The position numbers and the translations under genes are program-made. From assembly GCA_951406725.2 (NCBI GenBank), contig OX597819.1, positions 60,078,001-60,142,000 on the forward strand: a stretch of 64,000 nucleotides of DNA, given 5' to 3'. Numbering within the stretch: the stretch's first letter is position 1; every line of letters begins with the position of its first letter. The notes beneath the pieces are model-generated. The model searched no databases. It saw only the letters and a list, made by a program, of their open reading frames with translations, and had not been told where the DNA came from. The stretch comes from Octopus vulgaris. Taxonomy: Eukaryota. This document shows positions 1 to 14,915 of this stretch, piece by piece.

Positions 1-683
1 AGGAAGGGCATCCAGCTGTAGAAACACTGCCAGACTAGACTGGAGCCTGGGGCAGTCCCGAGCTCTCCAGACCCCGGTCGAAACCGTCCAACCCGTGCTA
101 GCGCGGAAAACGGACGTTAAACGATGATGATGATGATGATGATATATATATATATGTATGTATGTATGTGTATATATGTATATATATATATATATATCTG
201 GCACAGCCAACTGGTTCGCCAGTCCTCAGTCAAATCGTCCAACTCATGCTAGCATGGAAAGCGGACGTTAAACGATGATGATGATATATATATATATATA
301 TATATATTTATATGTGTGTGTGTGTGTGTGTGTTTATACATATCATACAGGTGTAAAATTACAGTTGTATTGATATACAATTTTATACATTGCTAATAGA
401 TTGGCTTTGCATATCAGTGTGAAAAGGCATAATTTAATATATATATATATATATACACACACATATACACACACACAAGCATGTGCATGTATACATACTG
501 TCTTTAAAAATCATTTACCCACGAGTAAATAATTTATAAATCTAAATTCAATTATGTGTACATGTATATAAACATTATATTAATGTTTGTTTTACATTCA
601 GTTATAATAAAAAAAACAATTTTACATTAATCAGATGGGTTACTCTATATTTTTGTAGAGTACAAATTTATTATTCTTAAACA

Positions 684-765
684 AGTGACTTTAAAGTTTC
701 AGTCAACGAAGCCATTGTTGAGCAACTCAGCAATGGCTTAGTTGGCCAAAACTAAGTCACTGTCA
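684..765. mobile_element. Short palindromic element, same family as 60641 and 13291
   Basis: AGTGACTT..AAGCCATTGTTGAG CAA CTCAGCAATGGCTT..AAGTCACT. Confidence 0.55.
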
Positions 766-1959
766 GTAACATTTTTGTTTAAGAATAATGTGTGTGTGTG
801 TGTGTGTATACATACATATGCAACTGTTATTTTCTTTTTAAGCACGAGACAACTTTTCTTTAACTCAATTACTTTGTTTCAAATATATCATTACAATTTT
901 TCGTATTTTTTACTTACTGAAATTATGTATATATCTTTTTCCTTCTCAAAATTATCCTCTTTTCCAGTACTTCACTGATACTGTATGAGAGCTTATTTCT
1001 TTCTCTTTTTCCCTTTTTTTTTTCTTTGCATGAATGGGAAAGGTAACACCAATAACCCTTTTGATCTCTTTTTTTAAGGGCTTCTTAGACTGATAGGAGG
1101 GAGGTTGGGAAATTCCCTCTGACCTGTGTTATGGTCTGAAGGCTTGCAACAGTATGGTACCCTACTAAAGGCACCAAAAAAGGGCCAGGTAGTGGGTGGT
1201 GTTACCCTGAGTATCAGATCCAAGTCTACCACTTAAGAATTGAACAGTTCTCTAGATGGGCTTCTGTGCAGTTTCCATTAACCAAATTTCACACTAATCC
1301 AAGGTGTTGTGCAGTGAGCTTGAACTTGAGATGGTTGAGTTGCAAAGCTGGTATCTTAACCACATAGCCATGGTTGCACCAAGGAAATTCAAGGAATAAA
1401 TATGCGAAAACAGGTAAGTTTCTTTCCATGTGCTTGAACTGAATATAACCCCTGAAAAAGTGCCCCACTCCATCCCATATAAATACAAAGGCACTATACA
1501 TCATCATTGTCATTATCAATATTTAATGTCCACTTTTTCATTGTTGCATGGGTCAGAAGGGATTTGTGGAGGTAGATTTTCTGGAGCTGGATGCCCCTCT
1601 TGTTACCAACCCTTACCTGTTTTCCATGCAAGGTAATATTTTACCTTGAAATATACTGTGATGTGTACACTTTCCTGCAATCATTCAGGTGCTTGTCTCC
1701 TGCTGGATGGAGTACTTTTTTTGTTGCTCCTATCAACTGCAAAACATACTGAGATATATGATATATATAATAGAGAAATTATACAAAATGTATAAATAGA
1801 TGATGAATAAAGCTGGCACAGTTTCAATTACCCGTTGTTATCCATAAATTTATTGCAGGAACTTTGTAGTGGTGGTTGGGGTAACAGTATTATAAAATAG
1901 AATGAGTAAAAGATTTTATTGGATATGACACATTTTGACCCGTTCTATTTATGTGTGTG

Positions 1960-1995
<36 letters not shown>

Positions 1996-3440
1996 TTTTA
2001 ATTTGTGCTTTTCCAAGGTAACATAGGTTTGCAGGCAGGCTCTTATGGACAGATTCTCTTTTGGTTGCCAAATCATACTAATTATTCAAAGTAAGGGGTT
2101 CCTTTATACCACAGTTTGTCAAATGTGCCCAGTGACTGATCATAATGTCGACAGGGGGTGTCAGCATCAACACCATTTTTCATCCAAATGGGGGTTTATC
2201 TAGGTTACACACAATCATGCGCAGGCATGCAAACATGCACACACACATATCATCATCCTCGTCATCATTTAACATCCGTTTTCCGTGCTGGCATGGGTTG
2301 GACAGTTTGACTGAAGACTGGCAAGCCAGGAGGCTGCACCAGGCTCCAATCTGATCTGGCAAGGTTTCTACAGCTCGATGCCCTTTCTAATGCCAACTAC
2401 TCCAAGAAGGTATTGGGTGCTTTTACATTACAGTGGGGCAGTCAGGTAGCACTGGCATTGACCACATTTGGATGGTACTTTTTATGTGCTACAGGCATGG
2501 GAGCCAGTCTGGGAGCACTGGCTACATTGGTGCTTATTATGTGCCACCAGCACGGGTGCCAGCCATGACTACAATCCCACTTGACTCAACAGGTCTTCTT
2601 AAGCACAGCGTATTGCCCGGCGATTCAGGGGTACTTTGAAATGGACTGGTTTCCATAGGTTGGATGGTTTGATAGGACCCAGCTGACCTTCGGCACAGCT
2701 TCTATGGCTGGATGCCCTTCCTAACACCAACCTACTTTACAGTATATACTGGGTGGTTTTTTCATGGCACCAGCACTTGTGAGGTTATCAAGTGACTTGC
2801 AAGACCGGAAAGAACAAATAAAGAGACAAACCAATACTACTAAGTGACTAAGTGGGAGAACAAAACCTTCAAGAATAGTTGATCAGGGAGGCAGATAGAT
2901 GGTTATAAGAGTGTGAGGGGAGAGTACCTGTTGACAGGCTTCATGCAGTTTCCTTCTACCAAACTCCCTCGCATGACATTAGTTGACCTGGGGCTAACAG
3001 TAGAAAACACCCGAGAAGCAGCACTAAATCTGAAATCACACATTGCAAAGCAAAACTTCTTAAACATGTAGTTGGACCTGAGTGTGTGTGTGTGTGGAAG
3101 GGGCTAAAACACCTACAGAGCTGCTTCACCACCATCAGCTACAGCATTTGGAGACAGAGTACAACAGCATCCTCAATAAACAAGTGTTTTACCCCCAAAA
3201 ATGTATACACACACACACATATGTATATATATATAATGTGTGTGTATGTCTATCTATCTGTCTATATATAATCCTGGTGGTTACCATGTTTCTTCAATGC
3301 TGGCTAACCACACCAAATGTTGGTTATACCTGAGTTAGTAATAAGTTACTTGATTCAGGTAATTATTCATGTTTGGTAAATCTGAGTGTCCTTTTCAGAA
3401 TTGCATAGTTTCCGTAGAGTAACTAATAGAATTTATAATG

Positions 3441-3557
3441 GTCAGGAGAACAGAGATTTCCCTCATCTATAATTTTATTAAACGGTTATTTACAGTATTC
3501 TTTCATGGGCCTATTTAATAAAATTATAGATGTGGAAAATCTCCATTCTCCTGATGA
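3441..3557. repeat. Inverted repeat, 44-bp arms, ending in CTGATGA
   Basis: TCAGGAGAACAGAGATTTCCCTCATCTATAATTTTATTAAA and its inverse at about 3513-3554. Confidence 0.65.
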
Positions 3558-6500
3558 TTATTAATACTACATATATATTGTGTGTGTGTGTATATATCTA
3601 TATATATATAATGGAACAAAAATGCGATAGAGGACAATAAAACATCTGGACAGATACACGATACAAAGGCAGACAGGAAAACAACAAATAGAAGGACAGG
3701 AAAAAAAAGGATGAGTCATTTTTGGCCTTTCATCAGTCAAGTTTCCAGATTGTCCTTACAGTTTTGGGCAGTTACATTTGAGACTGTTGAAATCTGGTTG
3801 CCCCCCACGAAAAAGTCTAAGCTAAGAGCATTAGATTTTTTTGTAAGAAAGCAAGCGAATGTGTAGGACAACAAAGACAAAAAAATGGAGATGAGAAAAT
3901 AGAATGTCAAAGGAATAAATATGTTATGAAGTTCATAACATAATTGTTTATTTGCTTGTCATTCTAATTCCTTATTCAACTCTATACTTAACTGATACTT
4001 CATTCTGAAGCATTTGTACAATTAAGTGAAATATTGAAATACATATATGTATATATATATATATATATATACACACATGCACGCACACACATACATACAC
4101 ATGCACATAAACACGTACATGCCTATTTTTTTTTATATCTAATATTTTACAATTACAATCCATTACATTTTTTTTTTCTAAAATAGAAATTCTCTTTAAG
4201 TAACCTTAAATAAAACTTTCAAAAATAAATTTAGATTTTAAACATTGAAACTAGATATGTTTCTTTGGATTTTAAACAAAACTATAATTAAAAACTTTAA
4301 TCTTTAAACTATAAATTATCATGTAATTTTTCTTTTTTTTTTGAAAAAAAATTTTTTTCTTTTTTCTCTTATATCTTAAGCAAGCAAGACATATTCATTG
4401 AATTTACTAAAATTTAATATTTTGAATATCCTCTTCATCTTTTTATACTTCTGTCTTTAACGAAGTAAGTATCCACCTATGTAATCAAACAGTAAATCTT
4501 TCATTATTATTATTATTATTATTATTATTAAAGTGGTGAGCTGGCAGAATTATTAGAGCCTCGGAAAAAAAAATGTTTTGCAGCTTTTCTTCCAAGCCAT
4601 TACGTTAGTTCAAATTCCACCAAGGTCAACTTTGCCTTTCATTCTTTTGTGGTCAATTAAATAAAGTACCAGTCGGAAACTGGGGTCAATATAATCGACT
4701 ACCCACCTCCTCCTAAAATTGCTGGCCTTGTGCCAAAAGTTGAAAGAATTATTATTATTATTATTACTATTATTACTATTATTATTATTAATTTTGAATT
4801 TTCCACTATGTTTAATATATAGAAAGACTACCATTCTATATAACAATTATTGTTGTCATGGTTACCACTGTTCAAATCTTTTAACACACAAAACATAATT
4901 TGTAAAAGTACTGTTCATTAAAGATTTTCAGCTATTTTGCAAACTGTTGTTGTTTTAATATTTTTAACAATAATAATGATAAAAAAAAGCTGTTTTTTTT
5001 TTTTTTAATTTTATTTGTAAACTTAATTTCAATTTTAATTTACCTGATCTGAATATGTGTTCAAGTAGTTTTTAAAAATAACTTAATCTTAGTTACTCAT
5101 TATAAATACATTAGATAAAAAAAGTAAAGACCATTCTGAGAATTTTTTTTTTTTAAACTTGAGTCTTGGCTGTGTGGTTGTGATGTTCATTTGGTGACCA
5201 CATGACTTCAGGTTCCATCTTGCTGCACACTACCTGGGACAAGTGTTTTCTATAACTTTGGGTTGATCAATACCTCAAGTGAAATTATCTAGATGGAAAC
5301 TGTAGTGAACCCTTCATCGTCATCATCCTTATCATTTAATGCCCGTTTTCCATGCTGGTATGAGTTGATGGTTGGATAGAATATAACCCTTTAGTGTTCG
5401 CATTATTCTGCCAAAATTAATGCTTCTTCATCCTCATTGTTTTGAACTAATCATACATTATCTTGTAGTTATGAGATTTTGATGAGGTAGCTGTTAATTT
5501 TTTAAACAATATTGTAGGATTGGTGTGAGAGACCAGATAGGGCTAGTTTGAACATAAAACAGGTAGAATATTTTTGGCCGGATATGGCCGGTTTAAATGC
5601 TAAAGGGTTAAAGAACCACAGCTGCTGTGTCAACTTCAGCATGGTTTCTGCAGCTGGATGCCCTTCATAACACCAACCACTTTACAAAGTGTACTGGGTG
5701 CCTTTTTGTGCCACCAGCACTAGTGCAAGACAAGAAAAAAACACTTAGAGAGGGGGTGGGGTGGCTTTATGCCAGGCTTTGAGAGGCTAAAGTATGATAG
5801 AGGTGCAATCACAGGTATCTTACTATAGAGAAAATACATGACTAACCCATGTTATATAAGGATGGGAGATATATGTGTGTGTAATATTTAGCATATTTTA
5901 CTGCATTTGGACACATGACCTGCTGCAGAAATAGTCCTGAATGCATTTGAACATGTTAATCATGACTTTATTCTCTTTTACTTGTTTCAGTCATTTGACT
6001 GCGGCCATGCTGGAGCACCGCCTTTAGTCGAGCAAATCGACCCCAGGACTTATTCTATCGGTCTCTTTTACCATACCACTAAGTTACAGGGATGTAAACA
6101 CACCAGCATCGGTTGTCAAGCAATGTTGGTGGGACAAACACAGACACACAAACACACACACACACATATATATACATATATACAACAAGCTTCTTTCACT
6201 TTCTGTCTACCAAATCCACTCACAAGGCTTTGGTCGGCCCGAGGCTATAGTTGAAGGTACTTGCCCAAGGTACCATGCAGTGGGACTGAACCTGGAACCA
6301 TGTGGCTGGTAAGCAAGCTACTTACCACACAGCCACTTCTGCACCTATATGTGAATATATTTTATTCAACACTACTTTCTACAACATTATTCATCCATAT
6401 CGGCAAACTTACCATTTGCTGTTTTGATAAGAATAATTTCATTTTTGTCAAGCTGTGAATGACAGATTTTGTTTTTATAGGCAACAAAGTGAAATGCACA

Positions 6501-7096
6501 TATTCTGCAATCCAATGATATTCACAACCCTAAATGGGTTTTCACATGTAGAGGAGAATTTTCTCTCGGGTCTATTTTTCCAGCAGCAGGTTTTATCACA
6601 TCCAAAGGTGTTAAATATGACTTTATATGAATGTGTATGTGACTGTTTCTGTATACATTCATGTTGTGACACTGTGTCTCCTGTAAACAATATGCTGTGT
6701 CTCCTATAAACAATATGCTCCATGCCTCAGCAGTTTTGCAGTTTCATGTGGAGACCAACGGAATATAAATACTTTGCTTAAAACATCAGGGTTGGTGACA
6801 GGAAGAGCAACCGGTTATGGAATGATGGAATCTTCCCCTGTCAAAGATAACACACGAGTGTGCAACTTTTGTTGAATGACCTGCACAAATGATTTGTTTA
6901 TTGTGATTAAATACATGTGCTATACATTAGCTCATCCTCTCCATCAAACCAACGTTGCCTGAACAGGTGCACAAGTGTGTCACACATCAAATGGCGAAAT
7001 GATTGCAGAGCAATGTGAAGCAAAGTGTTTTGCTCAAGAACATAATGTGCCACCCATTCCAGGAATTGATCTTATAATCTAGCAGTCATCTTAACC

Positions 7097-7286
7097 CAAC
7101 AATTCTCAACCAGGATGCCCCAGAACCCTAGGGTTCCACAAAGGGTTCCACAAGAAAGAGTGAGATAAGCTAATGCCAATTTCATGACCATAATATTACT
7201 ATATATGCATAACGTATTGGTTATTGGAATATTGTAATATAGACATCATCCTATCTAACCTTTTATATTATCAAAAAAATATAACA

Positions 7287-7342
<56 letters not shown>

Positions 7343-7789
7343 AATTCTATAATTATAAGCTTAATCAAAGCCTAGTAGATTCGTTATTTTTTTTCTCTTT
7401 ACCTGCATGAGTTGAGAGTATTACTGTCTGGGAGATATCTTATGGTAGTGGAATAGTATTTAACTGGTATTTCTAAATTTCGGTGAGTGGTGAAGCAATT
7501 TTTACTGAACCCTAATTATGATTATGCTTATAATTATAGAATTTTTGTATAAGGTAACCGATAATGGTTCTTTTAACATACCGAACTACTTGGTAAAGTT
7601 ATTAATAATTAATTCATTTTACCCTTCATTATATATATATATATATATATATAGGATATTTACCATGTGAACTACAATGAAAATATATGAGAAAGATATA
7701 GTATATAAATTTTTTTTCTTGTGCAGGGGTTCCTTGAAACGTAATTTATTTTAAGGGTTATGCAAGAGTAAAAAGGTTGAGAAACACTG
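7097..7789. mobile_element. hAT-type non-autonomous element inserted in a SINE
   Basis: Ends CAACAATTCTCAACC and GGTTGAGAAACACTG, 8-bp TSD TCTTAACC/TCATAACC. Confidence 0.75.
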
Positions 7790-8382
7790 TCATAACCACT
7801 AGGACATGTGCCTCCACTATAGAATACTGTTTCAATAAATGACATTCAACCTATACTGGCATAGAAGTTGGCATAAAAACGATGCTAATGATATCAAATT
7901 CCTTTAAACTTTTCTACTCTAGGCACAAAGCCCAAAATTTTGGGGGAGGGGGCCAGTTGATTAGATTGACCCCAGTATGCAACTGGTACTTAATTTATCG
8001 ACCCCGAATGATTTAAAGGCAAAGTCAACCTTGGTGGAATTTGAACTCAGAACTCAGTAAAACTGACGAAATACCCAAATTTCTCTAAACTAAAGCTTCA
8101 ACTACTTTAATCGCCCAATTCTCTTGTGGTTTAAGCAATGTGGCCCTAGAACGATGAAATCCTTTGTGAGTGAATTTGGTAAGTGAAAACTGAAGCAAGT
8201 CCGTTGTATAAGCTATGTATGTTTATGCTTACATTCTACCCGACAAAAATTGCAAGCAATGAATGGAGTGGTTTTTATCACATTTCTTATCAACAAATCA
8301 TCCATTTGTTTCATGCCTTTAAATACTTGTCAAATATGAGATCTCTTATTTAGAAAAAACAGGTAAGGGTTAGCACATGGGG

Positions 8383-9474
8383 GAATCTTTTCATTTTGAA
8401 GGCCAGATTTTCCTAGTTAACTAAACAATTTGAAACTTCGTATACTGGTAGAATGTGTCAAAAGAAAACATTATTGTAAACAAAATTGTAATTCGTAACT
8501 TCAACGTAGTTTAATTTTAAGAATTTTAACCAATGAAATCGCAGCATTCGAGCTCAAATTATTTACCTCTTCTTCTGTCTTCTACATGTGCTAGAAATAA
8601 CAGCTATATCTCTTAAATCGATTAATTTCGTCGCCCAATAAAAATATTAACGGTATTGTTTGAATATTTTCTTTATTTTTTTTTTACTGAAAAGGCTTCT
8701 CCCATGGTTTTGAAGGGCCAGAAACAACAAAAACAAAACAATAATATGCCTAAATCGGTCTCGAGTTTGCGCGTGGAGTGTGAGTAGTATTGTAAAAATT
8801 TGCGAAATATTTTTTCATAAAATGATGCCCCCAGCTTGTCGGAAGCTGTGATATAAATTGGGAAAAAAATCCTCGACACCAGTGCGTAATTGGTACTTAA
8901 TTTATCGACCCCGAAACGATGAAACATTGACCTCCCCCCCCTTCTGGTTTATTTATCTTTTGTGCAAATTTGTTGTGGCAAGTGGCAAAACACGAACGTG
9001 TAATGTATGCTTGTGTGCGTATGTGTGTGTGTGTATGTATATGTCCGTTTGTATGTGTGTGTACGCTTATAAATTAATTACTATGTGCTTGTGCAAATGT
9101 ATATGCATGTGTTTGAGAGAGAGAGTGTGCGTGTGTGTGTCGTTTGTATGTGTGTATACGCTTATATATTAATCACTATGTGCTTGTGTAAATGTATATG
9201 CATGTGTTTGAGAGAGAGAGAGAGAGTGTGTGTGTCGTGCGTCTGCTATATTTCTTTATCAATATCGATAACGCAGCAATGCTGGGATTTCATTGGTTAA
9301 AATTCAAAGATGTTGGTATTTCATTGGTTAAAATTCTTAAAATTAAACTACGTTGAAGTTACGAATTACAATTTTGTTTACAATAATGTTTTCTTTTGAC
9401 ACATTCTACCAGTATACGAAGTTTCAAATTGTTTAGTTAACTAGGAAAATCTGGCCTTCAAAATGAAAAGATCC
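8383..9474. mobile_element. Non-autonomous DNA transposon with 155-bp TIRs, Merlin-like
   Basis: 8385-8539 and 9318-9472 are apparently perfect inverted repeats. GG...CC termini, imperfect 8-9 bp flanking duplication (GCACATGGG/GCAATGGG), and an internal tandem duplication of about 96 bp. Confidence 0.75.
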
Positions 9475-9970
9475 GCAATGGGAAATGCATCCAACCATAA
9501 AACAAACCTAAAAAAATATATATTTAACCAGTGCTAGCATGGACAAACAGACATAAAATAAATAAATATAATCAATAAAAAGGGGAAACTATAATTTTTT
9601 TAAAATGAAAAAAATTTTTTAAATTCAAACCCTAGTTTTTTTTTTTTCTTAAATTTCTAGAAAAAAATGCTCTGATAATTTCTTTTTAAAAAATTTATCT
9701 TGTCTTTCTCAATCACTTCAGATTTGACTTTTATCAATTGCTACATTTCCTACATACGTGTATATTGTTTTTGCTTGTTTTTACATCAGATTTTTCCATA
9801 CAAGCATAACTAAAGAAAATGTATATTTTTAGGTATGGATGTGTAGTTAAGAAGTTTGCTTCTCAATTACATGATTTTAAAGTCAGTCCTATTGCTTGAC
9901 ACTTTGGTAAATTATCATTCAGGCCAAAGATTTGGTAGTTGTAAACTGAAAAAAAATGTCATATATATAT

Positions 9971-10156
9971 GTAAATGTAAAATGTGACAATTATTCGGTA
10001 GCCATGATAAAACCCACACCGCCATCTCTTCAGTTATCTGGTCATCGGAGTTTTATCATGGCTACTGAATAATTGTCACATTTTACATTTACAGATAAAT
10101 TCCTCTATTTACATACTATCGAGGTCTCTTTCATTCGTTTGTTGTCTTACCATTTC
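9971..10156. mobile_element. Fold-back element in (TA)n (43-bp arms plus unique tail)
   Basis: 9971-10013 and 10050-10092 are near-perfectly inverted. CTGAAGA occurs on the minus strand in the loop. Confidence 0.65.
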
Positions 10157-11167
10157 TATCTATCTATCTATCTATATATATATATCATCATTTAACATCC
10201 ACATTCTAAGTGTGTATATATGATTGTCTTATCTTGATATGATAATTGTAAATGAGTGTCAACATTATAGAAGTTTTCAATCTTGCATGAAAATGTGTCC
10301 AGCCATCAGGGAAATATTACTTTACAGATGAGGTTTGGCTACAGGAAGAGCATCCTCAGTAACCTCTGTCTGATCTTGTACAAGTCTTGGAAAAATGAAT
10401 ATTAAAACAACGATGATGATGATGATTTTGTCTAAGTGCCTACTTCATCCCCTCACAAAATAAACTTGTGTCCTGTTCAGAAAGGGGATGTTTTGTACTT
10501 TTGGTTGCTTATATATCGGGGAAATCAAGATAAGTTCTGAGCTAATGACCCTGTAGGTTCATTACAAATATAAGACTTTAAGCAGACAAATTGTCTTAAT
10601 GCAGATAGTTTTCCCTATTGAGGAAATTCAATACTATTGTAAACTAACAAATGACTTGTTAATTCTATAATCATTGCAAAGTATATCTGCATTAAAGAAA
10701 GGAGTCTCTACATGATCATTCAGCATGGTAGAAATAGCAGTTGTATTTTCCTCCTGTATTGTGTGGTAAAATGTTTGCTTCCCAATGGTATGGTTTCAGG
10801 TTCAGTCCCAATGTGGTACCTTGGGTAGATAGCTTCTACTGTAGCCTTAAAGAAGGATTTGGCAGATGGAAACTGAAAGAAGCCTGCTGTGTGTGTATAT
10901 ATATACTTGCACACATTAATGAACAGTGAGAATGAATGCTCAACACTGCATTGGTGGATATTTTGGGAGTTGTTTCCCCTGTTATGCATATTTATTTGTT
11001 TACTCCAAAATCTCATGCAACCTTGTTTATTTTATCAAGTTTTTATCCAAGATGGAGACGAACACCAACGTCCTATGTGACAGAATTGATAATTGTTAAG
11101 AGATCTCTCTCTCTCTCTCAACATGAAACCAATGGTAGCCTGGTTAAATCACAAATAAAATGTATAT

Positions 11168-11200
<33 letters not shown>

Positions 11201-13290
11201 AATTTTCTTTTTCTTGTTTCAGTCATTTGACTCTGGCCATGCTGGAGCACCACCTTTTAGTCAAACAAATCGTCCCCAGGACTTATTCTTTGTTAGCCTA
11301 GTACTTATTCTAACGGTCTCTTTTGCTGAACTGCTAAGTTACAGGGACGTAAACACACCAGCATCAGTTGTCAAGCGATGTTGCGGGGACAAACAAACAC
11401 ACACACATATACAACAAGCTTCTTTCAGTTTCCGTCTACCAAATCCACTCACAAGGTTTTGCTTGGCCCGAGGGCTATAGTAGAAGACACTTGCCCAAGG
11501 TGCCATGCAGTGGGACTGAAACCCGGAACCATGTGGTTGGTAAGGAAGCTACTTATCACACAGCCACATATATATATAATGTATGTATGTATGTATGTGT
11601 GTGTTTTACAGCCTTGATGTCACATGACTTTTGTAAACCAGTGTCAGTGTAACGCAGGCAGTGTCTTTTTGTTTCTAATCTCCTGTGAGAAACATATCTG
11701 ATCAGAGAGAAATATCACTTTACTTGGAAACAAGTGAGGGTTGGTAACAAGGTCGTCTGGCTGTAAGAAATCTGCCTCAACAAATTCTGTCTGATCCATG
11801 GAAGCATGGAAAAGTGGATGTTGAAATGATGATGGTGATGATGATATTCTACTGTCTTAAAAAAAGATACATTGGACACAGGATTATGTAATCTTGAAAG
11901 AAAACTAAAAAACTGGCTGGGCATGGTTTGATTGGCTTTCATCATGGATCAGCTATATTAAGACTGACCTGGTGTTAGACAACTTGCAGCTGACAAAGGA
12001 GTGTTTATGTGTAACAGCAGTGAAATGTCCTTCAAATTACACTGTGTCATCTTCAAAATGAAGGACACATTGAATAATGTAGTTTTTGGTGTACAATACC
12101 TATAAAAAAAATCGTATGGAACATCTTTAGCCAGAGGTCTGTTTGGCCTTTGGCATTCAGATTATTCTGTCAAAGAAATGCCAATTAATCACATTATTTT
12201 GAATTAATTGTGAAGGTACATGGCTCATGGGTTAGAGTGTTGGGTTCACAATCATGAGGTAGTGAGTTTGATTCCCGGATCAGATTGTGTGTTGTGTTCT
12301 TGAGCAAGACACTTTATTTCACATTGCTCCAGTTCACTCAGCCGTAGAAATGAGTTGCGATGTCACAGGTGCCAAGCTGTGTCAGCTTTTGTCTTTCCCT
12401 TGGATAACATCGGTGACATGAAGAGGAGAGGCAAGTATGCATGGGTGACTGCTGGTCTTCCATAAACAACCTTACCCCATGATCATTCATGACCAAAGTG
12501 GGGTCCTTCATTCCTTTGAATTAATCATACGTTATCTTGTAAATTTCAAGAGTTTGATGATGATAGTTTATTTTTTAGAATGACATTGTAGGGTAGGTGT
12601 GAGAGGCTGGATCTGATTGGTTTGAATGTAAAACAGGCTGAATATCCAGGTTGGAAATGACTGGTTTAAATGCCAAAAGACTAAGTCTAACTTAACTCAG
12701 CCAGTGAAAAACATGTCTTGAGCAACAAACACAATACAATGTCTGTTCCCCACTTGATTTTCCTGTGATCTCTATAATGATATTGAAATTGAATTAATTT
12801 ATATATTTAACAGTGCAAACAATGAAAAAAAAAAAACCCCTTTATACAAGGTAAGAAGGCTACATGAAAAAATGATCCCTGAGAGATACTTTATAACTGA
12901 CATGTACTTCAAATATAAATAAAAATGGAAAAACTACAAATATGTAATTTGAATTTATTTAAAACATCCAAAATACAAATTTTATTTTATTTGTTATATA
13001 AATGCACTTTTCAGTAAAAATCATTATGCTTTTAATTAACATTAATTAAACACAGTTTATTGTTAAAATTATCTTGAGTTTCTTATGTCTACATAAAACC
13101 ATGGTTTTAATTAAAATTTATCATTTTCAGTATAAATTATCACAGTCCTTATATGTAACACATTTAAGAGTCAGTCCTGACATTAAACTGGATTTCATAA
13201 AAGTCCACAATTCCAAGCTACATTTGCTTGTTCATAGTAAATTTACAGAAAGCATTTTAACTCTAACAAATTATCATATGTATGTGTGTG

Positions 13291-13515
13291 TTTTTAACAA
13301 GTTAACGGTTGACAGTGACTTCAAAGTTTTTTTGTCATTGTTTTTATCATACTGTAAAGTTTTCTAGTTTTACAGGCTTTATATATATATATTTTGGTTC
13401 ATCATATGGATGGGGCTTAGTGGTTGCAATGTATGTGTGGTTTAATAGTGTTTTTGGTAGCTTATAAAAAGACAACGAAACTTCAAAGTCACTGTCAATC
13501 TTTTCCTTGTCAAAA
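13291..13515. mobile_element. Fold-back element, same family as 60641 and 684
   Basis: TTGACAGTGACTTCAAAGTTT (13309-) and CGAAACTTCAAAGTCACTGTCAA (13476-13498) are inverted. Confidence 0.6.
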
Positions 13516-14069
13516 TAAATATGACAATCTACTTAAATTTTTCAACTGATCCTTCAGTTAATATTTTACTGTTTTTATATATAACTATACATAAAAACAA
13601 ACATACATACACATTTATATATGATATACATACATCAAATTAAAGGCCAAATTATTAGAGTGATGATGGCCTTGTATAGTATTGCCTCCTTCAATTTTAA
13701 TAATTAACATTAGAGCCGTTCATGCACCAATCTGTTGTTTTTCTACTTTTTTCTTCCTCACATCCCAGAAAGTTAAAAATTCCAAATGCCAAAACACTGA
13801 TCTTTCAACACAACCAGCATCTTTGATGAACCAACAAGGATGGCTTTATGTGGTCTTTTGACTTGCCGAGCAGATAAAATCTCCCTCAAATTACACCTTA
13901 CCATTACAGATTAAAAAAAAAAAAGAAGACATCAGATACTGTAGTCCCTGATATGGAACAAAAAATGAGGAATGGTACTAGTTGGTATATCTTTGATCCC
14001 TAGGTCAATCATTGTTGATCTGTTCCAATACATTTTTGAAGATAATTTTCTTCAAATATAAAATAAATG

Positions 14070-14315
14070 TTCCTTCTCGAGCCATGCCAGGCTCATAAGG
14101 GCCGGTTTCCCGGTTTCAGTGGTGTAGAAATTCCCCACCTGGATGGGACGCCGGTCCGTCGCAGGATTACTCATTTTTGCCAGCTGAGTGGACTGGAGTA
14201 ATGTGAAATGAAGTGTTTTGCTCAAGAACACAACGCATCGCCTGGTCTAGGAATTGAAACCACAACCTTACAATTACGAGTTCAACACTCTAACCACTAA
14301 GCCATGTGCCTCCAC
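14070..14315 (-). mobile_element. tRNA-derived SINE with TTGAGCAA(A/G)ACAC head (relatives at 6760-7815, 12213-12510, 20430-20702, 48781-49085)
   Basis: A box TGGCTTAGTGG, B box GGTTTCAATTCC. Flanked by the duplication TCAAATATAAAATAAAT. Confidence 0.75.
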
Positions 14316-14915
14316 TCAAATATAAAATAAATAAATAAAACTCTCAAAATATCTTATATTGGTAATATTTCTTCACTACTGCACCTAAATGCATGGAAGC
14401 ACCATAAATCAGATCCTCAGACATATGGAACAGAGGAGTAACTTGAAAAAAGACACTATTTTTTTTTCAGTATCGGTGTAACATTCATTGATGTGTGGTT
14501 AAGAAGCTTGCTTGGCAAGCACATGGTTTTAGGTTCAGTTCTACTGCATGACACCTTGGGCAATATCAATAGAATAAGTACCAGACTTTAAAAAAACAAA
14601 ACATATGTACTAAGCTTGATTTGTTCAACTACAACCATCAAAGCAATGTCCCAGCATGGCTGCAGTCCAATGACTGAAGCAAGTGAAGTATTAAAAGTGT
14701 TACTGGTACTTAATCAATGACACCCAACCCTGCCCCATATGGATGAAAGAAAAGTTGACTTGGATGGGATTTGAAGAGAAAAAGTAGAAGATTAAATTTG
14801 AATACTACAGTCAGACCATGTGGCACTTCTCTAACACACACCACATTTGCAATAATAACAATGAAGAAAATAAAAACCATGCTTTCTCATACAGGTAGGA
14901 AGCAGTATATATATA

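Noticed and set aside
10889-11301. Plus-strand ORFs of 63 and 121 aa
   Set aside because: They run from and into SINE or microsatellite sequence, with no recognisable domain or splice structure.
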